From assembly GCA_014727915.1 (NCBI GenBank), contig WJMO01000005.1:447243-511242 (forward strand): 64,000 nucleotides of DNA. The letters run 5' to 3'. The notes under the pieces were generated by a model. The model made no database searches. It saw only the letters and a list, made by a program, of their open reading frames with translations, and was not told where the DNA came from. The translations under genes and the position numbers were made by a program. This DNA is from Candidatus Altiarchaeales archaeon. Lineage in GTDB: Archaea; Altiarchaeota; Altiarchaeia; IMC4; SCGC-AAA252-I15. Below are positions 1-10,398 of the stretch, piece after piece (positions within the stretch are counted from its first letter, which is position 1; each line of letters begins with the position of its first letter).

Positions 1-2287
1 AGTCGGTAGCTCGGACCCGACGGTATGGCTGCTGCGGGCTGTTGGATTCCTCCTCGACGGCGATGCCCTTTTCTACTCGATGGTTGTGCTATCCGCCGCA
101 TTAACGTCTTTGACTGCCGTGCTGGTGTGCCTTCTCGTCTCAAGGCTGGCGGACGACCGGGCCGGGGCCTACGCAGGCTACATCTACGCGTTCATGGTGC
201 AGCCCCTCTCCCTGACAGCCGTCGGGTTCACACACGACCACATACTGACTCCCCTATCCCTCGCGGCATTGGTTCTAGCGGTCGAAGCCGTTAAAAACGC
301 CGAAAGAAGGAGGAAGATGGCTTTTACAGCCTCTGCGGTGGTGTTGTTCTATCTTGGTTCAAGGGTCAACATCGGAGCATATGTCGCGGTAGCGGTAGCG
401 GTAGTATACGCCCTATCTCAGGCGGTTGTGAAGAGGAAGGATATCATACCGCTCTACGCCATCGCATTGTTAACCTCGATCTATCTGTTCGGCACCTGCG
501 TGGTGCCTGGCTTCATGGACTACGAGCTTGGGCGGCTTCCACAGGGCCGCCTCGGCAGCGCGGACATCAACCCGGTCACCGTAGGCAACCTGGCACTCCG
601 ATACAACCTGCTCCTGCTGGTCCTGCCTTTCGGCGCATACGCAGCCTATAGGAGGCGGGAGTTTGTCAGCCTGACATACGTGCTATTCGGCTTCATGCTT
701 GCCATGTCCATGGACCGGGGAACTCGCGTCGTCGACTTGGGCATGGCGATGGTCACCGCATATTTCCTACGGGACTGGAAGCCCAGATGGCGCATGGGAT
801 TCACACTATACTCGATCCCCGCGTTGGCTTCAGCGACACTCCTAACACCCCTCCAAATGCCCTACAGAGTCATATTAGCAGCTTCTGGTTTGGGGTTCAT
901 ATTCCTGCACAGGTACCGGAAGGTCAACACCCTCATGATGCTCTCCCTGATATGTCTGACCGGATTTTCACTGTCTTTTACGAACATGGCCTTTGAAAAC
1001 CAGCATGTGATCTCCGAGTCAGAGTACATAGCATACAGCAGAATGGCTTCCCTCCCAGGTAAAAAGGTGCTCGCATCATGGGATGCGGGCTACATGCTGG
1101 AGTACCTGTCAGGTAAGAAGTCCGCTTCCACTCCGGGCCTCATAAGGTACGACCTTCACGAAGCCCTTTGGATGGGTGAAAAGCAAGCTAACGCATACCT
1201 CTCCGCGTCGGGCGTTGACTATGTGGTGGTTTCGAACGCGCACTATAACATCGTGCAAGTCGATGGGGCGCCCAACTTCCTGCTAAGGGGAGGCCTCGTA
1301 TTCAGGCCATTGGATCCTGTAACCGTCGAATTTGCACCCTATCTGGCCATCCACAAACTGAGGTATGGCACCGCCGACCCCGAATACTTCAGGTTCCTGG
1401 GGGAGTCCGTGGACGAGCGCAGGTCCGAGAAGCACATGGTATATGAGGTGGTGGACCCTGACACGTCCGGCAGTTACATATCATTCATAGCGTACAACAA
1501 CGGCGAAGAGAACCGGACCTCCCTTGTCAACGTTTCAGTGTGGGAATACACGGGCCGGAAGGCCGGGAAGAAGAGGAAGTCGATCATGGAGCTGGCCAAC
1601 CCCCTCCCATACATCGAATGCCTCAGAGGCAAGTCGTTGAGGGTGCTGGCGTTGTATCTGCTGTTGCTGTTCGCATATCCGTTCAACGGCAGGAAAGCGG
1701 GGTTTGAACGTTACATTGTAAGGAACCGGCGCCTGATCGCAGTGGTTCTCCTAGCCGTTCTACTTATGGTCTACCTCATCCCGGGGGATGGTGCGACGGG
1801 AGAGGTTCCCATGCCCGGCCAGGAGGCAGAACCTCCCGAATACGCGCATAAGACCTTTGAGGTGTTCTTCGAGGCCGGAGCCCTGGCAGAGCACAGCCTG
1901 GACGTGGGAGACCTAGGCAGGGTGAGGGACTGCGAGGTGGGGGTCGTCGGCGGACAGAACGGTGTCGTCGGCCACACCACCTTCCGGAACATATGCCCCT
2001 CCTTTGATGATGTGCTCAAGGTGCTCTTGGTGGACGCGAACTCGACCGAACTCTACGGCGAGGTTGCTGTGGTGGACTCCATGGAGCTCAGGCTTACCAT
2101 GGGGGAGGGTGAGGAGAAGCGCGTCGACTACGTTTTGGAACGTGCGACTCCCAACCATGACTACAAGATAGGCTACTGGAAGAGCAGCTGCCTGCAGGTG
2201 GTTCCCGAGAAGACAGAGGGCCCGGACATGGAAGGCATCGAAATATTCCATGTCTCATGCGGCAGGTACAGGGAGGACCTCGGCTAG
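1..2287 (+). CDS. AglB/STT3-like GT-C membrane glycosyltransferase (5' truncated by window edge)
   Basis: Frame is open from position 2. Many TM segments, GFTHDH loop motif, and LASWDAGY resembling the WWDYG motif, followed by a soluble domain. Confidence 0.65.
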   Translation, partial: VGSSDPTVWLLRAVGFLLDGDALFYSMVVLSAALTSLTAVLVCLLVSRLADDRAGAYAGYIYAFMVQPLSLTAVGFTHDHILTPLSLAALVLAVEAVKNAERRRKMAFTASAVVLFYLGSRVNIGAYVAVAVAVVYALSQAVVKRKDIIPLYAIALLTSIYLFGTCVVPGFMDYELGRLPQGRLGSADINPVTVGNLALRYNLLLLVLPFGAYAAYRRREFVSLTYVLFGFMLAMSMDRGTRVVDLGMAMVTAYFLRDWKPRWRMGFTLYSIPALASATLLTPLQMPYRVILAASGLGFIFLHRYRKVNTLMMLSLICLTGFSLSFTNMAFENQHVISESEYIAYSRMASLPGKKVLASWDAGYMLEYLSGKKSASTPGLIRYDLHEALWMGEKQANAYLSASGVDYVVVSNAHYNIVQVDGAPNFLLRGGLVFRPLDPVTVEFAPYLAIHKLRYGTADPEYFRFLGESVDERRSEKHMVYEVVDPDTSGSYISFIAYNNGEENRTSLVNVSVWEYTGRKAGKKRKSIMELANPLPYIECLRGKSLRVLALYLLLLFAYPFNGRKAGFERYIVRNRRLIAVVLLAVLLMVYLIPGDGATGEVPMPGQEAEPPEYAHKTFEVFFEAGALAEHSLDVGDLGRVRDCEVGVVGGQNGVVGHTTFRNICPSFDDVLKVLLVDANSTELYGEVAVVDSMELRLTMGEGEEKRVDYVLERATPNHDYKIGYWKSSCLQVVPEKTEGPDMEGIEIFHVSCGRYREDLG

Positions 2288-2931
2288 TCAAGGGCTATGC
2301 GGTCTAATGTCTCGAACACCTTGTCTGCGCCGGCTTCCCTGAGCTCCTCCGCGGACGAGCATCCAGTCAGAACCGCGTATGCTGTCATGCCCGCGGACTT
2401 GGCGGCCTTCAAACCGTGCACGCTGTCCTCCACCACGATGCACTCCCCTGGCTCGGCATCCAGCAGGGACGCGGCCTTGAGGAACATCCCAGGGTCTGGC
2501 TTGCCCCTTTCCACATCGTCCAAGCCAACCACAGCGTCGAAGTAGCTGTTAAGGCCTGCGGACTCCAACGTGGCCTCTATGTTCTCACGGGTCGTGTTGG
2601 AGGCGACGGCCGCCCTCACACCCGCCTTCTCCAAGCCTTCAAGAAGTACTACAGCCCCGGGCAACACCTTTGTCATGGGCAAATGCCGCTCCCTGAACAG
2701 CCTCTGCTTGTATTCCACCAGTGGCGTCAGGTCGCCCTCGTACTCCATCCCCCTGTGTCTGAGGAAGTCCTTGAATATCTCCTCCATGCTCATCCCGAAC
2801 AATCCCCTGAACTCATCACGGGTGACAGATGCTCCGATCTTATCTCGGAACATGTCTTCCCACGCCCTGAAGTGGGCTTCGAAGGAATCCACCAATGTAC
2901 CGTCCATGTCGAAGATAAAGGCCGAGCTCAT
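2284..2931 (-). CDS. HAD-superfamily phosphatase (beta-PGM-like)
   Basis: FDMDGTLVDS, KPDP and VVEDS motifs. Confidence 0.9.
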   Translation of the reverse strand: MSSAFIFDMDGTLVDSFEAHFRAWEDMFRDKIGASVTRDEFRGLFGMSMEEIFKDFLRHRGMEYEGDLTPLVEYKQRLFRERHLPMTKVLPGAVVLLEGLEKAGVRAAVASNTTRENIEATLESAGLNSYFDAVVGLDDVERGKPDPGMFLKAASLLDAEPGECIVVEDSVHGLKAAKSAGMTAYAVLTGCSSAEELREAGADKVFETLDRIALD

Positions 2932-2963
2932 CTTTTAAACATATGTGTCTAGAATTTGACATC

Positions 2964-3656
2964 ATGCGTAAAAAAACATTGGCTGCGCTGACGGTCATGC
3001 TCGCGCTCTCGTCAGCAGTGTCAGCCGCCTCATGCTCTATGCAGGCCTACAAGAGCGCATGCCAATGCCCATTCAACGGGGGAAAGGTGGATGAGGCCTG
3101 CAAGGAGAAGCGCAAGGACGCCGGCATACAGTGCATACTGAAGGCCCACCCGTCGCTTGGAGCAAGCAAGGTCGGGGGTATTCTCGGCGACATGCTGGGC
3201 ACGGACCTGGGAGGGATACTTGGCGGATGTCCGGCTGTGGACCGGTGCAAGGCCACCCTCGAAATGTGCGTTGCAGAGACGGGCAGATGCCCTGGGAACG
3301 ACCTGAACGACTGCCAGAGCGCCTACTGTGCGAGCTGCTACGCTGAAGCCGACGCATGCGTAGCCTACGCGGCCAAGAACTGCAAGAAGGAGGCGGAGTG
3401 CGGCGACGGGAACTGCGACATGGGCGAGAGAGAATCCTACCTCAACTGCTGCAAGGACTGCAGATGCCCCGAGGGACAGTCGTGCGTCAACGACAGGTGC
3501 GCCGATGACGAGGAAGAGGGGGGCATGTCAACATCCACGACCCTACCCTACTATACGTCACCCTCTGACGCGGGCTTTGACATATTCTGCTTCCCGTTCC
3601 TGATAGTCCCCTTGACTTCGCTCTTGGCGGCGTTGGCCAGGGCCCTCCCAGTTTAG
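2964..3656 (+). CDS. Cys-rich secreted/membrane-anchored protein
   Basis: Signal peptide MRKKTLAALTVMLA, many Cys, CGDGNCD motif, Thr-rich linker, C-terminal TM. Confidence 0.75.
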   Translation: MRKKTLAALTVMLALSSAVSAASCSMQAYKSACQCPFNGGKVDEACKEKRKDAGIQCILKAHPSLGASKVGGILGDMLGTDLGGILGGCPAVDRCKATLEMCVAETGRCPGNDLNDCQSAYCASCYAEADACVAYAAKNCKKEAECGDGNCDMGERESYLNCCKDCRCPEGQSCVNDRCADDEEEGGMSTSTTLPYYTSPSDAGFDIFCFPFLIVPLTSLLAALARALPV

Positions 3657-4441
3657 CCTATGATGGTGCCTATGCCTTCCTCTCCCATCAAAGCCCTCTT
3701 CAGGTAGCCTGGCCTGGCCCCTGATATGACCTCCGACTTAATGCCGTCCTCCGATAGCGTCAGCAGTTCCCTGACCTTCCTCGCTATGCCTCCCGTGACG
3801 TCGGTGCCGTCGGTCTCCCTCTTTTCAAGTTCTGCCATGACATCCCCGTCAACCCTGTCGTACTTCACCGCGTTCTTGTCATCCGGGCTGCGGTCGTAGA
3901 TGCCATTATGCGAAGTCGTGATTATCACCCTGTCTGCTCTTAGCCTCCCTGCAAGGTATGGGACGAGGTGGTCGCCGCTCAGTATGTTGAATCCGGTCTT
4001 GAGGTCGGGCAGCACGTCACCGTATGCCACGGGGGTGAGCCCCAGCCCCAAGAGGAGTTCCACGGACCTCACAGGATACTCTGCCAGCTTCCTGCCATCA
4101 AGTATCCCGCCAGCCGACGGCTGGCATGCGATCGCGTTCACGCCCGAGTCGACGAGGGCTGACACCACTTTCTCGTTGAGGGCCTCCATGCTCTTATGCG
4201 TCAGGGCAAGGCCCCTAACCTGTTTCCTGCTCTGGTAGCCCCTGTCAAGCTGGTATTCCTTGGCGAGGACGTGCCCGAAGGGTCCTGCGCCGTGGACGAC
4301 CACCAGGGTCATGCCCCCCTCGTACATGGCCTCGGATATCTCGCATGCCAGCCTCTTAAGGGTCTCTTCGTCCACTTCCATCTTGTCCTCGCTCTTCCTG
4401 GTTATAAGCGACCCTCCCAGCTTCAAGACAGTCAGACTCAT
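3653..4441 (-). CDS. ipk: Isopentenyl phosphate kinase
   Basis: LKLGGSLIT, VHGAGPFGH (IPK His), LSGD and DVTGG motifs. ATGA overlap with proB stop. Confidence 0.85.
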   Translation of the reverse strand: MSLTVLKLGGSLITRKSEDKMEVDEETLKRLACEISEAMYEGGMTLVVVHGAGPFGHVLAKEYQLDRGYQSRKQVRGLALTHKSMEALNEKVVSALVDSGVNAIACQPSAGGILDGRKLAEYPVRSVELLLGLGLTPVAYGDVLPDLKTGFNILSGDHLVPYLAGRLRADRVIITTSHNGIYDRSPDDKNAVKYDRVDGDVMAELEKRETDGTDVTGGIARKVRELLTLSEDGIKSEVISGARPGYLKRALMGEEGIGTIIG

Positions 4442-5559
4442 CTTTTTATCAGTACTATGTTGTCGTTGTTTATGACCTCCTTGCAGGCTTTCCTCTTGAG
4501 GATCTTCACTATCTCGCTGCACTGCCTTCCCCTGATCTTCGCCAGGTCGTCGGAGCTGAAGTTGCTTATCCCCCGCGCGAACTCCCTGCCCCTCCCGTCG
4601 ACCACTGCCACCAGGTCTCCCCTGTCGAAGATGCCCTTCACCTTCGTGATCCCGGAGGGTAGGAGGCTTGCCTTGCCCTTGGACAGGACTCTCACCGCGC
4701 CTTCATCCACCACTATGAATCCCTTCGCGGCAGAGGAGAAGAGTATCCACTGCTGCTTGTTCTCCATCCTCTTGTCAGGTATGAATACGGTGCCCACAGG
4801 TTCTCCATTTATCAGCCTTGACAGGACGTCCTTCATTCCGGAATCCACTATGGCCATGGCTATCCCGCAGTCCATCATTATCTTCCCGGCCTGTATCTTG
4901 GACTGTATGCCGCCGACGCCGCCGAGCCTGGACTTCCCCTTGATGGACTTGATGTCCCCCGTCATCTTGTCCACGACGTCTATCTTTATGGCGTTCCTGT
5001 CCCTCACGGGGTCTCTAGTGTATAGTCCGTCCATGCTGGACATGAGTATGAGCAGGTCTGCGTTCAGGTTCGACGCCACCAGCGCGGAGAGCGTGTCGTT
5101 GTCGCCGACTTTGATCTCCTCGACTCCCACGCTGTCGTTCTCGTTGATTATGGGTGTGGTTCCCTGTTTCAATAGCGTGTTCACCGTGTTCCTTATGTTC
5201 AAATACCTGGACCGGCTGCAGAAGTCGTCTCTTGTGAGCAGTATCTGCGCGACGTTAACCCCCTGTCGGTTGAACGCTTTTCCATATGCTTTCATCAGCT
5301 CGTTCTGCCCTACGGCGGCTGTGGCCTGGAGCATGTGCAGGTCCCTGGGCCTCTGTTCCAAACCCATCTTCCTGATGCCGGCGGCGATGGCCCCGGAGGA
5401 GACTATTATGACCTCCCGCCCGTCTTTCTTCAAGCCCATGATCTCCCGGACTATTTTGCCTACCTTACGGTCGCTCAACACCAGGTCGTCTGTTATGCTT
5501 GCCGTCCCCACCTTGACGACTATCCTCCCGGCCTTAGATAGTGTTTTGCGCCGTTCCAT
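4438..5559 (-). CDS. proB: Glutamate 5-kinase with PUA domain
   Basis: VVKVGT, VSSGAIAAG, NENDSV, GDNDTLSA motifs and C-terminal PUA (SLLPSGI). Confidence 0.95.
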   Translation of the reverse strand: MERRKTLSKAGRIVVKVGTASITDDLVLSDRKVGKIVREIMGLKKDGREVIIVSSGAIAAGIRKMGLEQRPRDLHMLQATAAVGQNELMKAYGKAFNRQGVNVAQILLTRDDFCSRSRYLNIRNTVNTLLKQGTTPIINENDSVGVEEIKVGDNDTLSALVASNLNADLLILMSSMDGLYTRDPVRDRNAIKIDVVDKMTGDIKSIKGKSRLGGVGGIQSKIQAGKIMMDCGIAMAIVDSGMKDVLSRLINGEPVGTVFIPDKRMENKQQWILFSSAAKGFIVVDEGAVRVLSKGKASLLPSGITKVKGIFDRGDLVAVVDGRGREFARGISNFSSDDLAKIRGRQCSEIVKILKRKACKEVINNDNIVLIKR

Positions 5560-5615
5560 GGCAATAAACCATTTAGGTATTCCCTGTTTTAATAACCGGG
5601 GGCTAATATGGTAGC

Positions 5616-6200
5616 ATGGTCGATATGGTCGGTTTTGCCATTCCAGTGATCCTCCTCTCGATAGCAATATTCGCCGTCCTGGTGGTTTTGAACGCATTCT
5701 TCAAGCTGGCCATGTTCAACAGGTCCATGAGGTCCCTGGCCAGGGACATGGGGTTGAACTACACCCAGACCCTAGTGTTCCGCCCTCCCAAAGTGAACGG
5801 CTTCTACAATGGCCGGGACGTGGTCGTGGACACCTTCGAGAAGCCCGGCGGCGGCGACCGCATTCGAGTGCGCGTTTTCCACTCCGGCGAACTATCGGAC
5901 GAGTTCACCGTCGGTTCGAAGGAGTTCTTTGAGGAGGAGAGCAAGGGTGCTGCTATACCTCTAGAATCAGATAACACAGGCTTCACCGAGGGGTTCAGGG
6001 TTTCCGGCGGCGACAGGAAGCTGGTGAGAAAGTTCCTGGACGCCGACCTCCAGGAGAGGATTGTGTCTTCAGGCCTGTCCTTCATGGTGGGGAAATACTA
6101 TGTCCAGCACGTTTCAAAGGATTTGACAGTGGACAAGGACAGGATCGTCAGGGCCCTTGACCTTCTGGTCGAGGCCGCCTCCCGGGCTGACACCCTGTGA
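5616..6200 (+). CDS. Hypothetical N-terminally anchored membrane protein (paralog of 24463-25059)
   Basis: N-terminal TM followed by LARDMGLNY..GFYNGRDVVVD. Confidence 0.7.
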   Translation: MVDMVGFAIPVILLSIAIFAVLVVLNAFFKLAMFNRSMRSLARDMGLNYTQTLVFRPPKVNGFYNGRDVVVDTFEKPGGGDRIRVRVFHSGELSDEFTVGSKEFFEEESKGAAIPLESDNTGFTEGFRVSGGDRKLVRKFLDADLQERIVSSGLSFMVGKYYVQHVSKDLTVDKDRIVRALDLLVEAASRADTL

Positions 6201-6204
6201 CGCC

Positions 6205-6930
6205 TCACATCCTTTTTTCGTCTACGAAGTCTCCGAATATGGTCTGGTGGGGCTGCAATGTTATCCCCTTTTCCAGCACGTAGGGCACGAGGTTCGTCAT
6301 GTGCCTGGCGCCCCTCATCTTCAGTATCTCCAGGGCTCTGACGCGCGTCTTGCCCCTGCGCAGGTTGTACAAGAGTATGACCCCGTCTACGATGGATTCC
6401 ATGTTCCCGTGGTTGGACGCCGAATGCACGTCAACCGCCTTCTCATAGACCATCAGCGATGTGCACCCGCTCTTCCTGAGCCATGTTATCAGCTTCAAGA
6501 CGCCCTGCCGCTGCTCGAACTCGCTCTCTATCATCATCTCTATGCTGGTGACCGAGTCTATGACCACCCTGTCAGCGCCGAGCTCGTTTATGGCGTCCTC
6601 TATCCTGCCGTATTCTCCCCTGAGTATGTGCATTACGTCCTGCGGCTCTATGGCGAGTATCCTGATCTTGTTCTCGTCCTCCATCTTTTTGATGTCCCAC
6701 CCGTGGCCTTTCATGTTCTCCCTTATCTCTTCCGCGCCCTCCTCGAAAGTGACATACACTCCTGGATGGCCCATCTTCGCCCCGTTGTAGATGAACTGCA
6801 TGGCCATGGTGGATTTCCCTGACCCGCAACCGCCGACTATCAGGACGTTCGTGTTCTTCTTGAAACCTCCTTCGAGCATCTCGTCCAATCCTGGTATCCC
6901 CGTGGGGACCTTCTCCTTCATAACGCCCAC
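6205..6930 (-). CDS. Single-domain KaiC-like/RAD55 family ATPase
   Basis: TGIPGLDEML, GGCGSGKS, TFEE, VVIDS, ILKMRG motifs. Confidence 0.9.
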   Translation of the reverse strand: MGVMKEKVPTGIPGLDEMLEGGFKKNTNVLIVGGCGSGKSTMAMQFIYNGAKMGHPGVYVTFEEGAEEIRENMKGHGWDIKKMEDENKIRILAIEPQDVMHILRGEYGRIEDAINELGADRVVIDSVTSIEMMIESEFEQRQGVLKLITWLRKSGCTSLMVYEKAVDVHSASNHGNMESIVDGVILLYNLRRGKTRVRALEILKMRGARHMTNLVPYVLEKGITLQPHQTIFGDFVDEKRM

Positions 6931-6983
6931 CTCATTTTGCAGATATATTTAACCCAATTACTAATACCCTTACAGTCTTTAAA

Positions 6984-7850
6984 ATGGAGATGCTTGTTTT
7001 CGGGGGGACGAGGTCCTCTGGCATCGCCTGGTCGGTGGCCAAGGCGCTGAAGTCCGAGGTTGGTAAGTCTGAGGTGAAGACCTTCCCAGACGGGGAAAAA
7101 TACGTGAAACTGCTCTCTAAGGCTGAGGGCCGTGAGTGCGCGGTCGTCCAGTCCGTCAGGTCCAACGACGATTTCATGGAGTTGCTGCTCATGCTGGACG
7201 CCCTGCGGGACATGGGCGCCGTCCAAGTGCATGCGATAATGCCCTACATGGCCTATATGCGGCAGGACAAGAGGTTCACAGAGGGGGAGGCGCTGAGCGC
7301 GAAGACATTGCTTAAGGTGTTGGACGAGTTCGCGGACTCGCTGACGATGATAAACTGCCATTTCCTCAGCGAGGGCGGGGAGTCCTTCTACAAACACGTG
7401 CGTTTCATGAACTTGGACGCCGTGCCCCTGCTGGTCAAGTACTTCAGGTCCAAGGTGAAGAACCCGATCGTGGTCGCGCCCGACAAGGGGTCGATGGGGT
7501 ATGCGAAGGCTGCTGCGGAGATACTCGACTGCGACTTCAACCACCTTTCCAAGAAGCGGATATCCGGGAGCGAGGTAGTCATCAAGTCCAAGGACCTGGA
7601 TGTGAAGGGGAAGGACGTCATAATATTGGATGATATCATAAGCACCGGCGGAACCATAGTAGAGTCTGTGAAGGTCATACGAGGCTGGAAGCCGGCTTCC
7701 ATCAATGTGGGCTGCGTGCACGGCCTCTTCCTCAAGGGCATAGAGTCTTTCACAGGCGTCGTGGACCGTCTGGTTTCAACTGACACGTTGGACAACCCGG
7801 TGGCCAAGGTCAACGTGGCAGACCTGATTGCCGAAGACCTTAAGAGATGA
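6984..7850 (+). CDS. prs: Ribose-phosphate pyrophosphokinase
   Basis: FPDGE, PYMAYMRQDK, APDKG, DDIISTGGT motifs. Confidence 0.95.
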   Translation: MEMLVFGGTRSSGIAWSVAKALKSEVGKSEVKTFPDGEKYVKLLSKAEGRECAVVQSVRSNDDFMELLLMLDALRDMGAVQVHAIMPYMAYMRQDKRFTEGEALSAKTLLKVLDEFADSLTMINCHFLSEGGESFYKHVRFMNLDAVPLLVKYFRSKVKNPIVVAPDKGSMGYAKAAAEILDCDFNHLSKKRISGSEVVIKSKDLDVKGKDVIILDDIISTGGTIVESVKVIRGWKPASINVGCVHGLFLKGIESFTGVVDRLVSTDTLDNPVAKVNVADLIAEDLKR

Positions 7851-8275
7851 AGCTTGCCTGCTATCTTCTGACTGTGTTGCTGACGCTCTCTGCGCTTTGC
7901 ATGGATGATGGCACACCCACGGTCTGCTTTGGCCTTTCCTGCGTTTCCGTGGAGGTCGCCGACGACGACGGCGAGCGGACGGCCGGGTTGATGCACAGGG
8001 AGGGCCTTCCACCCGACGCGGGCATGCTGTTCGTGTTCGAGGATGAGGGCATGCACTCCTTTTGGATGAAGAACACGCTCATGCCATTGGACATGGTGTG
8101 GTTGGACTCCGACTACCGTGTCGTGCATGTGGTCAGCGCCCTGCCCTGCGAGTCCGACCCTTGTCCAACCTATTCTCCGCCCACCCCATCCAGGTATGTG
8201 CTGGAGGTGAACATGGGATATGCTGAACAGCATGGCATCCGGGTGGGTGACGTGGCGGAGGTGACCGGCTTATGA
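7847..8275 (+). CDS. DUF192 family protein
   Basis: GLMHRE..GMLFVF..FWMKNTLMPLD..YVLEV pattern. Confidence 0.9.
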   Translation: MKLACYLLTVLLTLSALCMDDGTPTVCFGLSCVSVEVADDDGERTAGLMHREGLPPDAGMLFVFEDEGMHSFWMKNTLMPLDMVWLDSDYRVVHVVSALPCESDPCPTYSPPTPSRYVLEVNMGYAEQHGIRVGDVAEVTGL

Positions 8276-9756
8276 GGTCTTTCCCCTTGAAGTTCACGGT
8301 GTTCTCGGCGGGCGCTTCGGTCATGGTGGTGGAGATACTGGCGAGCAGGATAATGGCGCCCTACTATGGGTCGTCAACGTTCGTGTGGTCGGCTCTCATA
8401 GCGGTCGTATTGGCGAGCCTGAGCGTCGGATACTATGTTGGCGGCAGGTTGGCTGACATGAACCCGACCGTGAAGACGCTCTCCCGGATACTAGTTCTTT
8501 CGTCCGTTTTCATAGGCTTGATACCGTTCTTCAAGGAGCCTGTGCTCCTGGCGTGCTATTTCCTCATGGGGTTGAAGGCCGGCTCTATCGCAGCTTCCGC
8601 GATACTACTCTCCGTTCCCGCTGTGCTGTTGGGCACCGTCTCACCGTATGCTATCAAACTTTCCGCCCGGGACCTCAAGGGGATTGGGACCACGTCAGGG
8701 GACATATATGCGCTTTCGACTGTGGGCAGCATAGTCGGAACCCTTGCGGCGGGCTTCCTCCTCATACCCTACCTGCCCCTTTCAACTGTGTTCTACTCCG
8801 TGTCGGTAACGCTGCTGGCTTCCAGCATACTGTTGCATTTCAGCAGTTGGCGTGTGGACCAAGTAATACTCCTGGTCCTGATGGCGGGTTTGATGCTCTT
8901 CTTCCGCGAGCCATATGTGGGGGGCAGGCAGCTTTTGCACATGGAGTACTCGCCCTACAACAGGATCATAGTCGAGGAGGACGACCACAACAGGTACATG
9001 TACCTGGACGGGCGGTCCACGGGCGCGATGGTGCTGTCTACGGGTTTTAGCCTCTACGAGTACGCCCACTACTTTGAGATACCCTTCCTCCTGAAACCTG
9101 ACATTGGGGATGTGTTGTTCGTGGGCGGCGGTTCCGGAGTTGGTGTGAAGCAGGTGGTCGCAAACCACCCTAGCGCGTCTGTAACGGTGTCCGAGATCGA
9201 CCCCCGGGTCTACGAGGCTTCCCACGAGTACTTCTATCAGGGCATGGACGATTCAGTCGACGTTCGGCTGATGGATGCGAGGATGATAGTGAAAGACGGC
9301 GGTGAATACGACTATGTCGTGTTTGACGTCTTCACGGGCAGGAATGCGATACCAAATCACCTTGTGACCTCCGAGTTCTTCGCTGACGTTTCCAGGTCAA
9401 CCTCCGATGATGCGATAATACTTTTGAACGTCATCTCCTCCGTTGAGGGAAGCCGCAGCCTGGTTCTCAAGTCGGTGCTGAAGACAGTCTCGCCCTATTT
9501 CCCCCATGCGAAAGTGTATCCTCTGCATTCCGTCAGCATAATGCCCCAGAACGTGATAGTGATTGCGTCGAAGAAGCCCTTACCATCCGACGGGGAGGTA
9601 CGGGCCAGGATCGAGGATACCCGGGTCCTTTCCTCGTCGAAACTGCACAGCCTACTTGACCGTGAGCTGAAGAAGCCGTTGTCCCTCGACGGCGGTGTGA
9701 TGCTGACTGACGAGCACAACCCCGTGGATCAGATGTACGCTGAGGTCTGGGGTTAG
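8272..9756 (+). CDS. Fused membrane domain/spermidine synthase-like protein
   Basis: N-terminal TMs (VEILASRIMAPYYGSS), SAM-binding VGGGSG/EIDP, terminal LTDEHNP. Confidence 0.85.
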   Translation: MRSFPLKFTVFSAGASVMVVEILASRIMAPYYGSSTFVWSALIAVVLASLSVGYYVGGRLADMNPTVKTLSRILVLSSVFIGLIPFFKEPVLLACYFLMGLKAGSIAASAILLSVPAVLLGTVSPYAIKLSARDLKGIGTTSGDIYALSTVGSIVGTLAAGFLLIPYLPLSTVFYSVSVTLLASSILLHFSSWRVDQVILLVLMAGLMLFFREPYVGGRQLLHMEYSPYNRIIVEEDDHNRYMYLDGRSTGAMVLSTGFSLYEYAHYFEIPFLLKPDIGDVLFVGGGSGVGVKQVVANHPSASVTVSEIDPRVYEASHEYFYQGMDDSVDVRLMDARMIVKDGGEYDYVVFDVFTGRNAIPNHLVTSEFFADVSRSTSDDAIILLNVISSVEGSRSLVLKSVLKTVSPYFPHAKVYPLHSVSIMPQNVIVIASKKPLPSDGEVRARIEDTRVLSSSKLHSLLDRELKKPLSLDGGVMLTDEHNPVDQMYAEVWG

Positions 9757-10397
9757 CCGTCCCACCCGTCCTCGCCTATCAGGGGGACGAAAACGCAACC
9801 TCCATGGCATATCTCCTCCGGTCTTCCGCTGGCGTCCTTCCGTATCTCGAGGAGTGTCTGACCTGATCTTCCCCCTACTGGGATCAGCATCCTGCCGTCA
9901 TCTGCCAGCTGGTCTGCCAGGGCCTTGGGAACGCCTGGGGATGCTGCCGTTACCAGTATCCTGTCGTAGGGCGCCTTCCCAGCGTGTCCCATGGTCCCGT
10001 CTGCGTCCACGACTTCCACGTTATCGTATCTTAAACTCCTTAGAAGTTCTCTGCTCCTCTCAGCCAATTCAGGCACGCGCTCCACGGTGACCACATCCCC
10101 TTCCCTGGCTAGTTCAGCCAGTATGGCCGCCTGGTAACCTGACCCGGTGCCTACCTCGAGTATGTGGCTGTCTTCTCTCACGTCCAAGAGCTCGGTCATT
10201 ATGGCCACCATATGCGGCGCGCTTATGGTCTGGTTTGATCCTATGGGCTGGGGCGTGTCCGCGTAGGCGCGGTCCCTTATGCCGCCCGGCATGAAAAGGT
10301 GGCGGGGGACCCTGCTCATGGCTTCTATGACACGCTTTGACTTCAGATATCCCCTGCTTACGAGTCTTTCTACCAGTTCCCTTCGTTCTTCGTCCAT
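9753..10397 (-). CDS. pcm: Protein-L-isoaspartate O-methyltransferase
   Basis: VPRHLF, QTISAPHMV, LEVGTGSGYQAA, APYDRI motifs. Confidence 0.95.
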   Translation of the reverse strand: MDEERRELVERLVSRGYLKSKRVIEAMSRVPRHLFMPGGIRDRAYADTPQPIGSNQTISAPHMVAIMTELLDVREDSHILEVGTGSGYQAAILAELAREGDVVTVERVPELAERSRELLRSLRYDNVEVVDADGTMGHAGKAPYDRILVTAASPGVPKALADQLADDGRMLIPVGGRSGQTLLEIRKDASGRPEEICHGGCVFVPLIGEDGWDG

Positions 10398-10398
10398 G

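Noticed and set aside
4196-5614. 472-aa + strand ORF
   Set aside because: Antisense shadow of proB/ipk.
6205-6930. Circadian KaiC system
   Set aside because: Single-domain KaiC-like ATPase typical of archaea, with no kaiA/kaiB nearby.
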